Shown here one piece after another: positions 44,560-57,189 of a stretch of DNA of 64,000 nt (positions are counted from its first letter, which is position 1; each line of letters begins with the position of its first letter). Source of the stretch: Escherichia coli (GTDB taxonomy: Bacteria; Pseudomonadota; Gammaproteobacteria; Enterobacterales; Enterobacteriaceae). Where the stretch lies: assembly GCF_003018255.1 (NCBI RefSeq), contig NZ_CP027440.1. One strand, 5' to 3'. The translations under genes were made by a program, and so were the position numbers. The notes beneath the pieces are model-generated. The model did not search any database, had not been told where the DNA came from, and saw only the letters and a list, made by a program, of their open reading frames with translations.

Positions 44560-44631
44560 TTACACAACGTGTGACAAGGAGATGAGCAACAGACTCATTA
44601 CACGGCGTGTGTGGACTGCAGGAGACCTGCA

Positions 44632-46287
44632 ATGAATCTCTGGCAACAAAACTACGATCCCGCCGGGAATATCTGGCTTTCCAGCCTGATAGCATCGCTT
44701 CCCATCCTGTTTTTCTTTTTTGCGCTGATTAAGCTCAAACTGAAAGGATACGTCGCCGCCTCATGGACGGTGGCAATCGCCCTTGCCGTGGCTTTGCTGT
44801 TCTATAAAATGCCGGTCGCTAACGCGCTGGCCTCGGTGATTTATGGCTTCTTCTACGGTTTGTGGCCCATCGCGTGGATCATTATTGCGGCAGTGTTCGT
44901 CTATAAGATCTCGGTGAAAACCGGGCAGTTTGACATCATCCGCTCGTCTATTCTTTCGATAACCCCTGACCAGCGCCTGCAAATGCTGATCGTCGGTTTC
45001 TGTTTCGGCGCTTTCCTTGAAGGAGCCGCAGGCTTTGGCGCTCCGGTAGCAATTACCGCCGCATTGCTGGTCGGTCTGGGCTTTAAACCACTCTACGCCG
45101 CCGGACTGTGCCTGATTGTTAACACCGCGCCAGTGGCATTTGGTGCGATGGGTATTCCGATTCTGGTCGCCGGGCAGGTAACAGGCATCGACAGCTTTGA
45201 GATTGGTCAGATGGTGGGGCGTCAGTTGCCGTTTATGACCATTATCGTGCTGTTCTGGATCATGGCGATTATGGACGGTTGGCGCGGAATCAAAGAAACG
45301 TGGCCTGCGGTCGTGGTGGCAGGTGGTTCGTTTGCCATTGCTCAATACCTCAGCTCTAACTTCATTGGGCCGGAACTGCCAGACATTATCTCTTCGCTGG
45401 TATCACTGCTCTGCCTGACGCTGTTCCTCAAACGCTGGCAACCAGTGCGCGTATTCCGTTTCGGTGACTTGGGGGCGTCACAGGTTGATATGACGCTGGC
45501 TCACACCGGTTACACCGCAGGTCAGGTGCTTCGCGCCTGGACACCGTTCCTGTTCCTGACCGCCACCGTAACGCTGTGGAGTATCCCGCCGTTTAAAGCC
45601 CTGTTCGCTTCAGGCGGTGCGCTGTATGAGTGGGTGATCAACATTCCGGTGCCGTACCTCGATAAACTGGTTGCCCGTATGCCGCCAGTGGTCAGCGAAG
45701 CGACAGCGTATGCCGCCGTGTTTAAGTTTGACTGGTTCTCTGCCACCGGTACCGCCATTCTTTTTGCTGCCCTGCTCTCAATTGTCTGGCTGAAGATGAA
45801 ACCATCTGACGCTATCAGCACCTTCGGCAGCACGCTGAAAGAACTGGCTCTGCCTATCTACTCCATCGGTATGGTGCTGGCGTTCGCCTTTATCTCGAAC
45901 TATTCCGGACTATCATCAACGCTGGCGCTGGCACTGGCGCACACCGGCCATGCATTCACCTTCTTCTCGCCGTTCCTCGGCTGGCTTGGTGTCTTCCTGA
46001 CCGGATCGGATACCTCATCTAACGCCCTGTTCGCCGCCCTGCAAGCCACTGCAGCACAACAAATTGGCGTTTCTGACCTGTTGTTGGTTGCCGCCAACAC
46101 CACCGGTGGTGTCACCGGTAAGATGATCTCTCCGCAATCTATCGCTATCGCCTGTGCGGCGGTAGGCCTGGTGGGCAAAGAGTCTGATTTGTTCCGCTTT
46201 ACTGTCAAACACAGCCTGATCTTCACCTGTATGGTGGGCGTGATCACCACGCTTCAGGCTTATGTCTTAACGTGGATGATTCCTTAA
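44632..46287 (+). CDS. lldP: L-lactate permease
   Basis: 551 aa from [18 protein letters not shown]… (GGAGAC RBS); LctP-family polytopic membrane protein. Confidence 0.9.
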   Translation: MNLWQQNYDPAGNIWLSSLIASLPILFFFFALIKLKLKGYVAASWTVAIALAVALLFYKMPVANALASVIYGFFYGLWPIAWIIIAAVFVYKISVKTGQFDIIRSSILSITPDQRLQMLIVGFCFGAFLEGAAGFGAPVAITAALLVGLGFKPLYAAGLCLIVNTAPVAFGAMGIPILVAGQVTGIDSFEIGQMVGRQLPFMTIIVLFWIMAIMDGWRGIKETWPAVVVAGGSFAIAQYLSSNFIGPELPDIISSLVSLLCLTLFLKRWQPVRVFRFGDLGASQVDMTLAHTGYTAGQVLRAWTPFLFLTATVTLWSIPPFKALFASGGALYEWVINIPVPYLDKLVARMPPVVSEATAYAAVFKFDWFSATGTAILFAALLSIVWLKMKPSDAISTFGSTLKELALPIYSIGMVLAFAFISNYSGLSSTLALALAHTGHAFTFFSPFLGWLGVFLTGSDTSSNALFAALQATAAQQIGVSDLLLVAANTTGGVTGKMISPQSIAIACAAVGLVGKESDLFRFTVKHSLIFTCMVGVITTLQAYVLTWMIP

Positions 46288-47063
46288 TGATTGTTTTACC
46301 CAGACGCCTGTCAGACGAGGTTGCCGATCGTGTGCGGGCGCTGATTGATGAAAAAAACCTGGAAGCGGGCATGAAGTTGCCCGCTGAACGTCAACTGGCG
46401 ATGCAACTCGGCGTGTCGAGAAATTCACTGCGCGAGGCGCTGGCGAAACTGGTCAGTGAAGGTGTGCTGCTCAGTCGACGTGGCGGCGGGACGTTTATTC
46501 GCTGGCGTCATGATACATGGTCGGAGCAAAACATCGTCCAGCCGCTGAAAACGCTGATGGCCGATGATCCGGATTACAGTTTCGATATTCTGGAAGCCCG
46601 CTACGCCATTGAAGCCAGCACCGCGTGGCATGCGGCAATGCGCGCCACACCAGGCGAAAAAGAGAAAATTCAGCTTTGCTTTGAAGCAACGCTAAGTGAA
46701 GACCCGGATCTCGCCTCACAAGCGGACGTTCGTTTTCATCTGGCGATTGCCGAAGCCTCACATAACATCGTGCTGCTGCAAACCATGCGCGGTTTCTTCG
46801 ATGTCCTGCAATCCTCTGTGAAGCATAGCCGCCAGCGGATGTATCTGGTACCCCCGGTTTTTTCACAGCTGACCGAACAACATCAGGCAGTCATTGACGC
46901 CATTTTTGCCGGTGATGCTGACGGGGCGCGTAAAGCAATGATGGCGCACCTTAGCTTTGTTCACACCACCATGAAACGATTCGATGAAGATCAAGCTCGC
47001 CATGCACGCATTACCCGCCTGCCTGGTGACCATAATGAGCATTCGAGGGAGAAAAACGCATGA
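46287..47063 (+). CDS. lldR: GntR/FadR-family regulator of the L-lactate operon
   Basis: 258 aa from [16 protein letters not shown]…; start overlaps the lldP stop (TAATG); GntR-type HTH followed by an FCD domain. Confidence 0.85.
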   Translation: MIVLPRRLSDEVADRVRALIDEKNLEAGMKLPAERQLAMQLGVSRNSLREALAKLVSEGVLLSRRGGGTFIRWRHDTWSEQNIVQPLKTLMADDPDYSFDILEARYAIEASTAWHAAMRATPGEKEKIQLCFEATLSEDPDLASQADVRFHLAIAEASHNIVLLQTMRGFFDVLQSSVKHSRQRMYLVPPVFSQLTEQHQAVIDAIFAGDADGARKAMMAHLSFVHTTMKRFDEDQARHARITRLPGDHNEHSREKNA

Positions 47064-48250
47064 TTATTTCCGCAGCCAGCGATTATCGCGCCGCAGCACA
47101 ACGCATTCTGCCGCCGTTCCTGTTCCACTATATGGATGGGGGTGCATATTCTGAATACACGCTGCGCCGCAACGTGGAAGATTTGTCAGAAGTGGCGCTG
47201 CGCCAGCGTATTCTGAAAAACATGTCTGACTTAAGCCTGGAAACGACGCTGTTTAATGAGAAATTGTCGATGCCGGTGGCGCTAGGTCCGGTAGGTTTGT
47301 GTGGCATGTATGCGCGACGCGGCGAAGTTCAGGCTGCCAAAGCCGCGGATGCGCATGGCATTCCGTTTACTCTCTCGACGGTTTCCGTTTGCCCGATTGA
47401 AGAAGTGGCTCCAGCCATTAAACGTCCGATGTGGTTCCAGCTTTATGTGCTGCGCGATCGCGGCTTTATGCGTAACGCACTGGAGCGAGCAAAAGCGGCA
47501 GGCTGCTCGACACTGGTTTTCACCGTGGATATGCCGACACCGGGCGCGCGTTACCGTGATGCACACTCGGGTATGAGCGGCCCAAATGCGGCAATGCGCC
47601 GTTACTTGCAGGCGGTGACGCATCCGCAATGGGCGTGGGATGTGGGCCTGAACGGTCGTCCACATGATTTAGGTAATATCTCGGCTTACCTCGGCAAACC
47701 GACCGGACTGGAAGATTACATCGGCTGGCTGGGGAATAACTTCGATCCGTCCATCTCATGGAAAGACCTTGAGTGGATCCGCGAATTCTGGGATGGTCCG
47801 ATGGTGATCAAAGGGATCCTCGATCCGGAAGATGCGCGCGATGCAGTACGTTTTGGTGCTGATGGGATTGTGGTTTCTAACCACGGTGGCCGCCAGCTGG
47901 ACGGTGTACTCTCTTCCGCTCGTGCATTGCCCGCTATTGCGGATGCGGTGAAAGGTGATATTGCCATTCTGGCAGATAGCGGAATACGTAACGGGCTTGA
48001 TGTCGTGCGTATGATTGCGCTCGGTGCCGACACCGTACTGCTGGGTCGTGCTTTCCTGTATGCGCTGGCAACAGCGGGCCAGGCGGGCGTGGCAAATCTG
48101 CTGAATCTGATCGAAAAAGAGATGAAAGTGGCAATGACGCTGACTGGCGCGAAATCGATTAGCGAAATTACGCAAGATTCGCTGGTGCAGGGGCTGGGTA
48201 AAGAGTTGCCGGCGGCACTGGCTCCGATGGCGAAAGGGAATGCGGCATAG
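47060..48250 (+). CDS. lldD: FMN-dependent L-lactate dehydrogenase
   Basis: 396 aa; alpha-hydroxy-acid oxidase family sequence; start overlaps the lldR stop. Confidence 0.9.
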   Translation: MIISAASDYRAAAQRILPPFLFHYMDGGAYSEYTLRRNVEDLSEVALRQRILKNMSDLSLETTLFNEKLSMPVALGPVGLCGMYARRGEVQAAKAADAHGIPFTLSTVSVCPIEEVAPAIKRPMWFQLYVLRDRGFMRNALERAKAAGCSTLVFTVDMPTPGARYRDAHSGMSGPNAAMRRYLQAVTHPQWAWDVGLNGRPHDLGNISAYLGKPTGLEDYIGWLGNNFDPSISWKDLEWIREFWDGPMVIKGILDPEDARDAVRFGADGIVVSNHGGRQLDGVLSSARALPAIADAVKGDIAILADSGIRNGLDVVRMIALGADTVLLGRAFLYALATAGQAGVANLLNLIEKEMKVAMTLTGAKSISEITQDSLVQGLGKELPAALAPMAKGNAA

Positions 48251-48322
48251 TTGGGGGTGAGGGGAAAAGGCCGTACCAATCACCAATTTTCTGCTATCCT
48301 GCCCCCGCACTAAGGGGGCAGT

Positions 48323-48796
48323 ATGCTAAACATCGTACTTTACGAACCAGAAATTCCGCCAAATACTGGCAACATCATCCGTCTTTGCGCTAATACCGGC
48401 TTTCGTCTGCATATCATCGAACCAATGGGATTTGCCTGGGACGATAAGCGCCTGCGCCGCGCGGGGCTGGACTATCACGAGTTTACCGCCGTTACGCGTC
48501 ATCATGACTATCGCGCGTTCCTCGAAGCAGAAAATCCCCAGCGCCTGTTTGCCCTCACCACGAAAGGTACGCCTGCTCACAGCGCCGTAAGCTATCAGGA
48601 TGGCGATTATCTGATGTTCGGCCCGGAAACACGCGGCCTGCCAGCGAGCATTCTTGATGCCCTGCCCACTGAACAAAAAATTCGTATTCCAATGGTGCCG
48701 GACAGCCGCAGCATGAACCTGTCTAATGCGGTGTCGGTCGTGGTGTATGAAGCCTGGCGGCAGTTGGGGTATCCGGGAGCGGTGTTGAGAGATTAG
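48323..48796 (+). CDS. trmL: tRNA (cytidine/uridine-2'-O)-methyltransferase, SpoU/TrmL type
   Basis: 157 aa; SPOUT-fold sequence (…[17 protein letters not shown]…). Confidence 0.85.
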   Translation: MLNIVLYEPEIPPNTGNIIRLCANTGFRLHIIEPMGFAWDDKRLRRAGLDYHEFTAVTRHHDYRAFLEAENPQRLFALTTKGTPAHSAVSYQDGDYLMFGPETRGLPASILDALPTEQKIRIPMVPDSRSMNLSNAVSVVVYEAWRQLGYPGAVLRD

Positions 48797-48800
48797 TTAC

Positions 48801-48835
48801 TGTAGGCCGGATAGATGATTACATCGCATCCGGCA
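48801..48835. repeat. REP element between convergent trmL and cysE
   Basis: tgtaggccggatagatgattacatcgcatccggca. Confidence 0.65.
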
Positions 48836-48848
48836 CGATCACAGGACA

Positions 48849-49670
48849 TCAGATCCCATCACCATACTCAAACGTATGGTTAATGCCGTTGAAATGCTGA
48901 TCCATATCCATTGACGGTTTATCGCTATCCGGCTTGCCGACAATGCGTGCCGGAACGCCAGCGGCAGTGGTGTGCGGCGGCACCGGTTGCAGCACCACGG
49001 AACCTGCGCCAATCTTCGCGCCGCGCCCAACTTCAATATTACCGAGAATTTTCGCGCCCGCGCCAATCATCACGCCTTCACGAATTTTCGGGTGACGGTC
49101 ACCACCAGATTTACCCGTACCGCCAAGCGTCACAGATTGCAGAATCGATACGTCGTTTTCAATCACCGCCGTTTCACCCACAACGATGCCCGTCGCGTGG
49201 TCGAGCATGATACCGCGACCAATTTTTGCTGCCGGGTGAATATCAACCTGGAACGTTACAGAGACCTGGTTTTGTAGAAAAATAGCCAGCGCGCGACGGC
49301 CCTGATTCCACAACCAGTGACCGATGCGATACGCCTGCAAAGCATGAAAACCCTTCAGGTATAGCAACGGGGTTGAGTATTTATCCACCGCCGGGTCACG
49401 GGTACGCACCGCCTGAATATCACAGGCCGCAGAGGCGATCATTTCCGGGTCGGCGGCGTAGGCTTCTTCCACCACTTCACGGATAGCAATAGCCGGCATA
49501 ATGGGCGATGACAGCTTGTTCGCCAGCATGTAGCTCAGTGCACTGCCAAGGTTTTCGTGCTTGAGTAGCGTCGCGTGGTAAAAACTGGCCAGCATTGGCT
49601 CACAGTCTGCCAGCGTTCTGGCTTCAGCTTTAATATTGTTCCAGACAATTTCCAGTTCTTCACACGACAT
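48849..49670 (-). CDS. cysE: Serine O-acetyltransferase
   Basis: 273 aa; hexapeptide-repeat (left-handed beta-helix) C-terminal half. Confidence 0.9.
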   Translation of the reverse strand: MSCEELEIVWNNIKAEARTLADCEPMLASFYHATLLKHENLGSALSYMLANKLSSPIMPAIAIREVVEEAYAADPEMIASAACDIQAVRTRDPAVDKYSTPLLYLKGFHALQAYRIGHWLWNQGRRALAIFLQNQVSVTFQVDIHPAAKIGRGIMLDHATGIVVGETAVIENDVSILQSVTLGGTGKSGGDRHPKIREGVMIGAGAKILGNIEVGRGAKIGAGSVVLQPVPPHTTAAGVPARIVGKPDSDKPSMDMDQHFNGINHTFEYGDGI

Positions 49671-49749
49671 TGCTTACTCCACACGATAAGATAATGACCG
49701 GCCCGTTCTGCGCGGGCCGGGTCATAGTGGTAACAAAGGTTCCCTGGGT

Positions 49750-50769
49750 TTAGTGGCTGCTGCGCTCGTCCTTGCGTGCACGACCTAGTAAAGTCAATGC
49801 TGCCTCGCGCGCGTTTTTTCCGCAATATAATACTTGATAAATTTCCTCGGTTATTGGCATTTCAACGCCGAAGCGATGCGCCAGTTCGCGGACTTCTTTC
49901 GTATTGCGGTAGCCTTCCACCACTTGACCAATTTTCTCCTGCGCGCTTTGTACATCCATGCCCTGACCGAGCATCATGCCAAAACGGCGGTTACGCGACT
50001 GGTTGTCGGTACAGGTCAGCACCAGATCGCCCAGCCCCGCCATGCCCATAAAGGTGGCAGGATCGGCACCCAGCGCCGCTCCAAGACGCGACATCTCAGC
50101 CAGCCCACGGGTGATCAGCGCCGTACGCGCATTCGCGCCAAAACCGATACCGTCGGACATCCCCGCGCCAATGGCAATGACGTTTTTCACCGCGCCGCCA
50201 AGCTGCACACCGATGAAATCCGGGTTGCTGTAAACGCGGAAACTTTTGCCACAGTGCAGCAATTGCTGGAGGTCATCGGCAAAGGTCTGGTCCGTCGAGG
50301 CCAGCGAAATGGCTGTCGGTAAACCTGCCGCCAGTTCTTTCGCAAACGTTGGGCCAGAGATAACCGCCAGCGGAATTTGATCGCCTAAGGCCTCACGCGC
50401 TACGTCCTGTAACAGACGTCCGGTTTCTGCTTCCAGCCCTTTGGTCGCCCACACCAGACGCGCATCAGGACGCATCAGCGGTTTAATCTGGCGCAGCACT
50501 TCACCAAAGACATGGCTGGGTACGACGACGAGAATATTACGGCTGGCTGCCAGCGCAGTGGCGAGATCGCTTTCAAGATGGAGCGTATCGGGAAAAGGCA
50601 CATCGGGGAGAAACGCGGCGTTACAGCGGTCGCGTTCAAGCGTTGCGATATGTTCAGGGTCATGGCCCCAGAGGACAACCTCGTGGCCATTTCTTGCCAG
50701 GGTAATGGCAAGAGCGGTGCCGTACGAGCCGGCACCGATCACAGTCATTGAAGCATTACGTTGGTTCAT
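49750..50769 (-). CDS. gpsA: NAD(P)H-dependent glycerol-3-phosphate dehydrogenase
   Basis: 339 aa; N-terminal Rossmann motif [12 protein letters not shown]. Confidence 0.9.
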   Translation of the reverse strand: MNQRNASMTVIGAGSYGTALAITLARNGHEVVLWGHDPEHIATLERDRCNAAFLPDVPFPDTLHLESDLATALAASRNILVVVPSHVFGEVLRQIKPLMRPDARLVWATKGLEAETGRLLQDVAREALGDQIPLAVISGPTFAKELAAGLPTAISLASTDQTFADDLQQLLHCGKSFRVYSNPDFIGVQLGGAVKNVIAIGAGMSDGIGFGANARTALITRGLAEMSRLGAALGADPATFMGMAGLGDLVLTCTDNQSRNRRFGMMLGQGMDVQSAQEKIGQVVEGYRNTKEVRELAHRFGVEMPITEEIYQVLYCGKNAREAALTLLGRARKDERSSH

Positions 50770-51236
50770 CAGGCATCCTGATGTTCTTCAGTACCTTCGC
50801 CAGCCTGCTGCTGCAAATAGTTCATGAACAGCGCATCGAAGTTAACCGGCGCAAGGTTCAGTTGCGGGAATGTACCGCGGGATACCATGCTGGTGATGCA
50901 CTCACGAGCATACGGGAACAGAATGTTCGGGCAGTATGCACCCAGGCAATGTGCCATCTGGGTGCCTTCGATACCCGCGATGGAGAAAATACCGCCCTGC
51001 TGAACTTCACACAGGAACGCGGTTTCTTCGCCCAGGGAGGCCGTTACGGTAACACGCAGTACCACTTCGTAAACGTCATCTGCCAGTTGAGAAGATGCCG
51101 TATCCAGATCAAGTTTAACTTCTGGCTGCCAATCTTTCTGGAAAACGTGCGGCGCGTTCGGCGCTTCGAAAGAAATATCCTTGGTATAAATACGTTGGAT
51201 CTGGAAAGTCATTTCGGTGTTGTTTTGTTCTGACAT
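50769..51236 (-). CDS. secB: Protein-export chaperone SecB
   Basis: 155 aa, [29 protein letters not shown]…; acidic C-terminus. Confidence 0.9.
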
Positions 51237-51298
51237 GTGTAGAAAACCCTTAAGTGTTGTCCTTAAATACTGCGCAATGTAATGCCAACGTTCACACG

Positions 51299-51550
51299 TT
51301 ATTTCAGCAGGGGATCCAGTCCACCACGTGCATCCAATGCATACAAGTCATCACAGCCGCCAATGTGCTGTGCGTCAATAAAAATCTGGGGAACCGTGGT
51401 GCGACCGCTGCGTTTGATCATCTCTTCACGCTTAGCGGCGTTGCCATCGATCGGCAACTCCTGAAAACTCACGCCCTTGCTGCTCAGCAGTGCTTTCGCA
51501 CGATGGCAATACGGGCAGGTTTCTTTGGTATAGATTTCAACATTGGCCAT
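51299..51550 (-). CDS. grxC: Glutaredoxin 3
   Basis: 83 aa with CPYC active site ([19 protein letters not shown]…). Confidence 0.9.
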
Positions 51551-51691
51551 AACTTAGCTCCTGTTTTTTTACCCTGAAATTTCATGTTGCAGGGCGGCTG
51601 CAAAATGGAGTGTCCCCAGAAGCTTATAACAATAAGTCGCTGGGGGCCTAATTGCAGCTAACGGCCTGCATCATGAAAGACGACAGGTAAA

Positions 51692-52123
51692 TTATTTGCC
51701 GCGCACCAGAGGTAAGTTTTCGCCAGCCCAGCCAGCAACGCCCTCTTTCAGCACGAATACTTGCGCAAAACCAGCTTTCGTCAGCGCGTTTGCAGGCTCC
51801 TGGCACTGCATGCCAGAACCGTCTACCACGATAACCGGTTTGTCTTTGTGCTTCTCAAGCTCACCAACATTGTTGGCTTTGATTTCGCTCGGCAACAGGT
51901 TGATAGAACCTGCGATATGGCCTTTACGGAAGTCATCACGCTGACGTAAATCCACAACCACAGCATCTTCTTTGTTGATCAGACGCGTAGCTTCACCACG
52001 AGTAATCACCTTCACTTTCGAGGTCAGGCTCTTAAACGTAGTCACAATAACCGCCACCAGTAACGCGATCCAGGCGATACTCAGTATGGGATGACGGCCA
52101 ACAAATTGCATAATTTCTTGCAT
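51692..52123 (-). CDS. yibN: Rhodanese-domain inner-membrane protein
   Basis: 143 aa from MQEIMQFVG…; N-terminal TM plus rhodanese-like domain; the ORF-track frame begins 4 codons upstream at a non-ATG start. Confidence 0.8.
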   Translation of the reverse strand: MQEIMQFVGRHPILSIAWIALLVAVIVTTFKSLTSKVKVITRGEATRLINKEDAVVVDLRQRDDFRKGHIAGSINLLPSEIKANNVGELEKHKDKPVIVVDGSGMQCQEPANALTKAGFAQVFVLKEGVAGWAGENLPLVRGK

Positions 52124-52367
52124 GGGGGGTAACAACTCCCGACGTAGTGATTAAAAAAACTAGGAAAGGAGTATACCTGCGCGGTGCAGCAAATACAGCC
52201 AGCGCGTTAACTGGAATGCAATTTTGCGGGGCGCGACGAAAAAAAAGCGCAAATCTGGCATCGGCTTGCTGCGAGCGGTCGTATATTTTGATCTTCAGAG
52301 GCTATTTTATCGATTCAGCTGTAGTAAAATTACGCAAATTTTGACTCTTGAGTATGAGGTTGTCGCA

Positions 52368-53912
52368 ATGTCGGTTTCTAAAAAACCTATGGTACTGGTG
52401 ATTCTGGATGGCTATGGCTATCGTGAAGAACAGCAGGATAACGCCATTTTTAGTGCTAAAACCCCGGTAATGGATGCACTGTGGGCCAATCGTCCGCATA
52501 CCCTGATCGACGCTTCCGGTCTGGAAGTCGGTCTGCCTGACCGTCAGATGGGTAACTCCGAAGTAGGTCACGTTAACCTGGGTGCCGGCCGCATCGTGTA
52601 TCAGGACCTGACTCGTCTGGACGTTGAAATCAAAGATCGCGCTTTCTTCGCTAACCCGGTACTGACTGGCGCGGTAGATAAAGCGAAAAACGCAGGCAAA
52701 GCAGTTCACATTATGGGTCTGCTCTCCGCAGGTGGTGTACACAGCCACGAAGATCACATCATGGCGATGGTAGAACTGGCAGCTGAACGCGGCGCAGAAA
52801 AAATCTACCTGCACGCATTCCTTGACGGTCGCGACACTCCGCCGCGCAGTGCTGAATCCTCGCTGAAAAAATTCGAAGAGAAATTTGCCGCACTGGGCAA
52901 AGGCCGCGTAGCGTCCATCATTGGTCGTTACTACGCCATGGACCGCGATAACCGTTGGGATCGCGTTGAAAAAGCTTATGACCTGCTGACTCTGGCGCAG
53001 GGCGAGTTCCAGGCCGATACCGCCGTTGCTGGTTTGCAGGCTGCTTATGCTCGCGACGAAAACGACGAATTCGTGAAAGCGACCGTTATTCGTGCAGAAG
53101 GTCAGCCAGACGCGGCAATGGAAGACGGCGATGCGCTGATTTTCATGAACTTCCGTGCTGACCGTGCACGTGAAATCACTCGTGCATTCGTAAATGCCGA
53201 TTTTGACGGCTTCGCGCGTAAGAAAGTGGTTAACGTCGATTTCGTGATGCTGACCGAATACGCTGCCGACATCAAAACCGCAGTGGCTTACCCACCCGCT
53301 TCCCTGGTTAACACCTTCGGCGAGTGGATGGCGAAAAACGACAAAACTCAGCTGCGTATTTCCGAAACCGAAAAATATGCCCACGTTACTTTCTTCTTCA
53401 ACGGTGGCGTAGAAGAGTCGTTCAAAGGCGAAGATCGCATTCTGATCAACTCACCGAAAGTGGCTACCTACGATCTGCAACCGGAAATGAGCTCCGCAGA
53501 GCTGACCGAAAAACTGGTTGCGGCAATCAAGAGCGGCAAATACGACACCATTATCTGTAACTATCCGAACGGCGACATGGTAGGTCACACCGGAGTGATG
53601 GAAGCGGCGGTTAAAGCGGTTGAAGCGCTGGATCACTGCGTGGAAGAAGTCGCGAAAGCGGTTGAGTCCGTGGGTGGACAACTGCTGATCACCGCTGACC
53701 ACGGTAACGCTGAGCAGATGCGCGATCCGGCAACGGGTCAGGCACACACGGCACATACCAACCTGCCAGTTCCGCTGATTTACGTTGGCGATAAGAACGT
53801 GAAAGCGGTTGAAGGCGGCAAACTTTCTGATATCGCGCCGACCATGTTGTCGCTGATGGGTATGGAAATCCCGCAAGAGATGACTGGTAAGCCGCTGTTC
53901 ATCGTGGAATAA
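52368..53912 (+). CDS. gpmM: 2,3-bisphosphoglycerate-independent phosphoglycerate mutase
   Basis: 514 aa from [19 protein letters not shown]… (GAGG RBS); the ORF-track frame extends 48 codons upstream. Confidence 0.9.
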   Translation: MSVSKKPMVLVILDGYGYREEQQDNAIFSAKTPVMDALWANRPHTLIDASGLEVGLPDRQMGNSEVGHVNLGAGRIVYQDLTRLDVEIKDRAFFANPVLTGAVDKAKNAGKAVHIMGLLSAGGVHSHEDHIMAMVELAAERGAEKIYLHAFLDGRDTPPRSAESSLKKFEEKFAALGKGRVASIIGRYYAMDRDNRWDRVEKAYDLLTLAQGEFQADTAVAGLQAAYARDENDEFVKATVIRAEGQPDAAMEDGDALIFMNFRADRAREITRAFVNADFDGFARKKVVNVDFVMLTEYAADIKTAVAYPPASLVNTFGEWMAKNDKTQLRISETEKYAHVTFFFNGGVEESFKGEDRILINSPKVATYDLQPEMSSAELTEKLVAAIKSGKYDTIICNYPNGDMVGHTGVMEAAVKAVEALDHCVEEVAKAVESVGGQLLITADHGNAEQMRDPATGQAHTAHTNLPVPLIYVGDKNVKAVEGGKLSDIAPTMLSLMGMEIPQEMTGKPLFIVE

Positions 53913-53945
53913 TCCCTCCCCATGAGGGGAAAGGCGATTAATACC

Positions 53946-55205
53946 ATGACACGGGCCGTGAAACCGCGCAGGTTTGCAATCAGGCCCATCATCTACGCCA
54001 GCGTTCTTAGCGCTGGCGTATTGTTGTGCGCCTTTTCCGCCCACGCGGATGAGCGTGACCAACTCAAATCTATTCAGGCCGATATCGCCGCGAAAGAGCG
54101 CGCGGTACGCCAAAAGCAACAACAACGCGCAAGCCTGCTCGCACAATTGAAAAAGCAGGAAGAAGCGATCTCGGAAGCCACCCGTAAGCTGCGTGAAACG
54201 CAAAACACGCTCAATCAACTGAATAAACAGATTGATGAGATGAACGCGTCGATTGCCAAACTGGAGCAGCAAAAAGCCGCCCAGGAGCGCAGCCTCGCCG
54301 CACAACTAGATGCCGCATTCCGTCAGGGCGAGCATACCGGTATTCAGCTGATTCTCAGCGGTGAAGAAAGCCAGCGTGGACAGCGTTTACAGGCTTATTT
54401 CGGCTATCTCAACCAGGCGCGACAAGAAACCATTGCTCAGTTGAAACAAACGCGTGAAGAAGTCGCTATGCAACGCGCCGAGCTGGAAGAGAAACAGAGC
54501 GAGCAACAAACGCTGTTGTATGAGCAGCGCGCCCAACAGGCGAAGCTGACCCAGGCGCTGAACGAGCGTAAAAAGACGCTGGCAGGGCTGGAGTCTTCCA
54601 TCCAGCAAGGTCAGCAACAGTTGAGCGAGCTGCGCGCCAACGAATCCCGTCTGCGTAACAGCATTGCCCGTGCGGAAGCCGCGGCGAAAGCGCGTGCTGA
54701 ACGAGAAGCGCGTGAGGCCCAGGCGGTTCGCGACCGCCAGAAAGAAGCGACGCGCAAAGGCACCACCTACAAACCGACCGAAAGCGAAAAATCGCTGATG
54801 TCCCGAACTGGTGGCCTGGGTGCGCCGCGTGGTCAGGCATTCTGGCCAGTTCGCGGGCCGACGCTGCATCGCTATGGCGAGCAGCTACAGGGTGAATTAC
54901 GCTGGAAAGGAATGGTTATCGGTGCCTCTGAAGGTACTGAAGTTAAAGCCATTGCCGACGGTCGGGTGATTCTGGCTGACTGGCTGCAAGGCTACGGTCT
55001 GGTGGTGGTGGTTGAGCATGGTAAAGGCGACATGAGTCTTTACGGCTATAATCAGAGCGCACTGGTGAGCGTTGGTTCGCAGGTTCGCGCGGGCCAGCCG
55101 ATTGCACTGGTGGGCAGCAGTGGCGGTCAGGGTCGGCCTTCACTCTATTTCGAAATTCGCCGCCAGGGTCAGGCGGTCAATCCACAGCCGTGGTTGGGAA
55201 GATAA
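53946..55205 (+). CDS. envC: Murein hydrolase activator EnvC (coiled coil plus degenerate LytM/M23 domain)
   Basis: 419 aa from MTRAVKPRRFAIRP…; long Q/A/E-rich coiled coil and a C-terminal M23-like domain. Confidence 0.85.
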   Translation: MTRAVKPRRFAIRPIIYASVLSAGVLLCAFSAHADERDQLKSIQADIAAKERAVRQKQQQRASLLAQLKKQEEAISEATRKLRETQNTLNQLNKQIDEMNASIAKLEQQKAAQERSLAAQLDAAFRQGEHTGIQLILSGEESQRGQRLQAYFGYLNQARQETIAQLKQTREEVAMQRAELEEKQSEQQTLLYEQRAQQAKLTQALNERKKTLAGLESSIQQGQQQLSELRANESRLRNSIARAEAAAKARAEREAREAQAVRDRQKEATRKGTTYKPTESEKSLMSRTGGLGAPRGQAFWPVRGPTLHRYGEQLQGELRWKGMVIGASEGTEVKAIADGRVILADWLQGYGLVVVVEHGKGDMSLYGYNQSALVSVGSQVRAGQPIALVGSSGGQGRPSLYFEIRRQGQAVNPQPWLGR

Positions 55206-55208
55206 GTT

Positions 55209-56168
55209 TTGTTTCCATTTCGTCGTAACGTTCTTGCATTTGCCGCTCTGTTGGCGCTCTCCTCCCCCGTAATTGCTGGCAAGCTTGCCATCGTCATTGA
55301 TGATTTTGGGTATCGCCCGCACAACGAAAACCAGGTGCTGGCGATGCCTTCCGCTATCTCCGTCGCTGTATTACCCGATTCACCGCACGCCAGAGAGATG
55401 GCAACCAAAGCGCATAACAGCGGTCACGAAGTGTTGATTCATCTACCGATGGCACCACTGAGTAAACAGCCGCTGGAGAAAAATACGCTACGCCCGGAGA
55501 TGAGCAGCGACGAAATTGAGCGCATTATTCGTAGTGCGGTCAATAACGTGCCCTATGCCGTGGGGATCAACAACCACATGGGCAGCAAGATGACCTCTAA
55601 CCTGTTTGGTATGCAGAAAGTGATGCAGGCGCTGGAGCGTTACAATCTTTACTTCCTCGACAGCGTAACCATCGGTAATACCCAGGCGATGCGCGCAGCG
55701 CAAGGCACTGGCGTGAAGGTGATCAAACGGAAAGTGTTCCTCGACGATTCGCAAAATGAAGCGGACATCCGTGTGCAGTTCAATCGCGCAATTGATCTGG
55801 CGCGTCGCAACGGTTCAACCATTGCCATTGGGCATCCTCACCCTTCAACGGTACGCGTGCTACAACAGATGGTTTATAACCTGCCGCCAGACATTACGCT
55901 GGTGAAAGCCAGCAGCTTGCTGAATGAACCGCAGGTTGATACGTCTACACCGCCGAAAAACACTGTGCCCGACACACCGCGTAATCCGTTCCGTGGCGTG
56001 AAGCTCTGCAAACCGAAGAAACCGATAGAACCTGTTTATGCTAATCGCTTCTTTGAAGTATTAAGCGAAAGCATCAGCCAGAGCACGCTGATCGTTTACT
56101 TCCAACATCAGTGGCAAGGCTGGGGCAAACAGCCTGAAGCGGCAAAACTTAACGCTAGCGTAAATTAA
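55209..56168 (+). CDS. yibQ: Divergent polysaccharide deacetylase family protein
   Basis: 319 aa with signal peptide; follows envC; 3' end overlaps the waaH 3' end by 14 nt. Confidence 0.8.
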   Translation: MFPFRRNVLAFAALLALSSPVIAGKLAIVIDDFGYRPHNENQVLAMPSAISVAVLPDSPHAREMATKAHNSGHEVLIHLPMAPLSKQPLEKNTLRPEMSSDEIERIIRSAVNNVPYAVGINNHMGSKMTSNLFGMQKVMQALERYNLYFLDSVTIGNTQAMRAAQGTGVKVIKRKVFLDDSQNEADIRVQFNRAIDLARRNGSTIAIGHPHPSTVRVLQQMVYNLPPDITLVKASSLLNEPQVDTSTPPKNTVPDTPRNPFRGVKLCKPKKPIEPVYANRFFEVLSESISQSTLIVYFQHQWQGWGKQPEAAKLNASVN

Positions 56169-57189
56169 AGGCGCTACGCGTAATGCGATGGTGCGACCGC
56201 GTTTTGTCGCGCCATTGCCATAAGCGGAAAGACCACAGTAACGCCTGATAACCCACCTTCACGCTGCGCACATTGGTAATCAGGCGCTTATACATACCGG
56301 AAGTAAATATCTCGGCAATCATCCGTTGGCGGGTAATAATATCCGGCTCTTTGCGCACCGCATGGCAAACACGCAATGCTTCGTAAGTTATTTGCTGATG
56401 AAATTCCGGATAAATCGTAATTTTGTCGGCATAATTTCGATTTAATTTCTCTAGCAGGCGGGTAATCTTAATATAGTGACGTTGATAATTAAGGTTTTTA
56501 TTCCCTTGTCTATTCAACCGACTCACTGACGTATTATGCAGATAATATTTATATAACGATTGCTCGGTATATCGCGCACGCAGCGCATTAAACATAAATT
56601 CTGTTGTCCAGACAATATCCTGATGATGTAATCCGGCAATAAATTTAATGTTATTTTTAACAATAACATCGCGGCGATAAACCCCCATCCAGACAACGTG
56701 AGTCCAACGGCGGGAAGAAAGCCCCATCCGCAACCAATCCGGGCCGGTTAATACGCCGGTTGAGCGAAGGCGATCGGTGGGGATGGATTGCCAGGTTTCT
56801 CCCGTTTCACGAAAACACCAGTCAGCGTTGCACTGCGCCACGTCGAGGTCGTCCTCTAACGCCATGGTCATCAGCGTTTCGTACATGGTGGGATAGACCT
56901 CATCGTCAGCATCGACAAAAGCGACATATTTGCCCGTCGCCACCTCGATCCCACGATTACGCGCTACCGATGCGCCAGCATTCGCCTGATGCAACAAACG
57001 AACGTGCGGATAGTTTTCTGCGTAATGCTTTGCTATTTCAACAGAATTATCCGTTGAACCATCGTTAATAATAATGATTTCCAGAGCAGTCCAGGTTTGC
57101 GTAATTAAAGATTCCATACACGTGCGGAAATCATCGCCCGCATTATATAACGGGATAATAACACTAAGTTTATTGGTGCTGTTCATCAT
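56155..57189 (-). CDS. waaH: Family-2 glycosyltransferase (LPS inner-core glucuronosyltransferase WaaH/YibD)
   Basis: 344 aa; GT2 signature N-terminus (LSVIIPLYNAGDDFRTCMESL…) and DxD motif (FVDADDE). Confidence 0.8.
   Translation of the reverse strand: MMNSTNKLSVIIPLYNAGDDFRTCMESLITQTWTALEIIIINDGSTDNSVEIAKHYAENYPHVRLLHQANAGASVARNRGIEVATGKYVAFVDADDEVYPTMYETLMTMALEDDLDVAQCNADWCFRETGETWQSIPTDRLRSTGVLTGPDWLRMGLSSRRWTHVVWMGVYRRDVIVKNNIKFIAGLHHQDIVWTTEFMFNALRARYTEQSLYKYYLHNTSVSRLNRQGNKNLNYQRHYIKITRLLEKLNRNYADKITIYPEFHQQITYEALRVCHAVRKEPDIITRQRMIAEIFTSGMYKRLITNVRSVKVGYQALLWSFRLWQWRDKTRSHHRITRSAFNLR

Noticed and set aside
48289-48311. The hairpin ctgccccc-gcactaa-gggggcag just upstream of the trmL start codon, considered as an lldD terminator
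   Set aside because: It is not followed by a T-run and ends about 12 nt before the trmL ATG; it is more likely a 5'-UTR structure or coincidence, and I cannot support a terminator call.
52302-54305. Long antisense ORFs (360 aa and 284 aa) opposite gpmM and the envC coiled-coil region
   Set aside because: They overlap well-supported genes on the other strand and have no RBS or recognisable domains; antisense frames of coiled-coil-coding and GC-rich sequence are often stop-poor.
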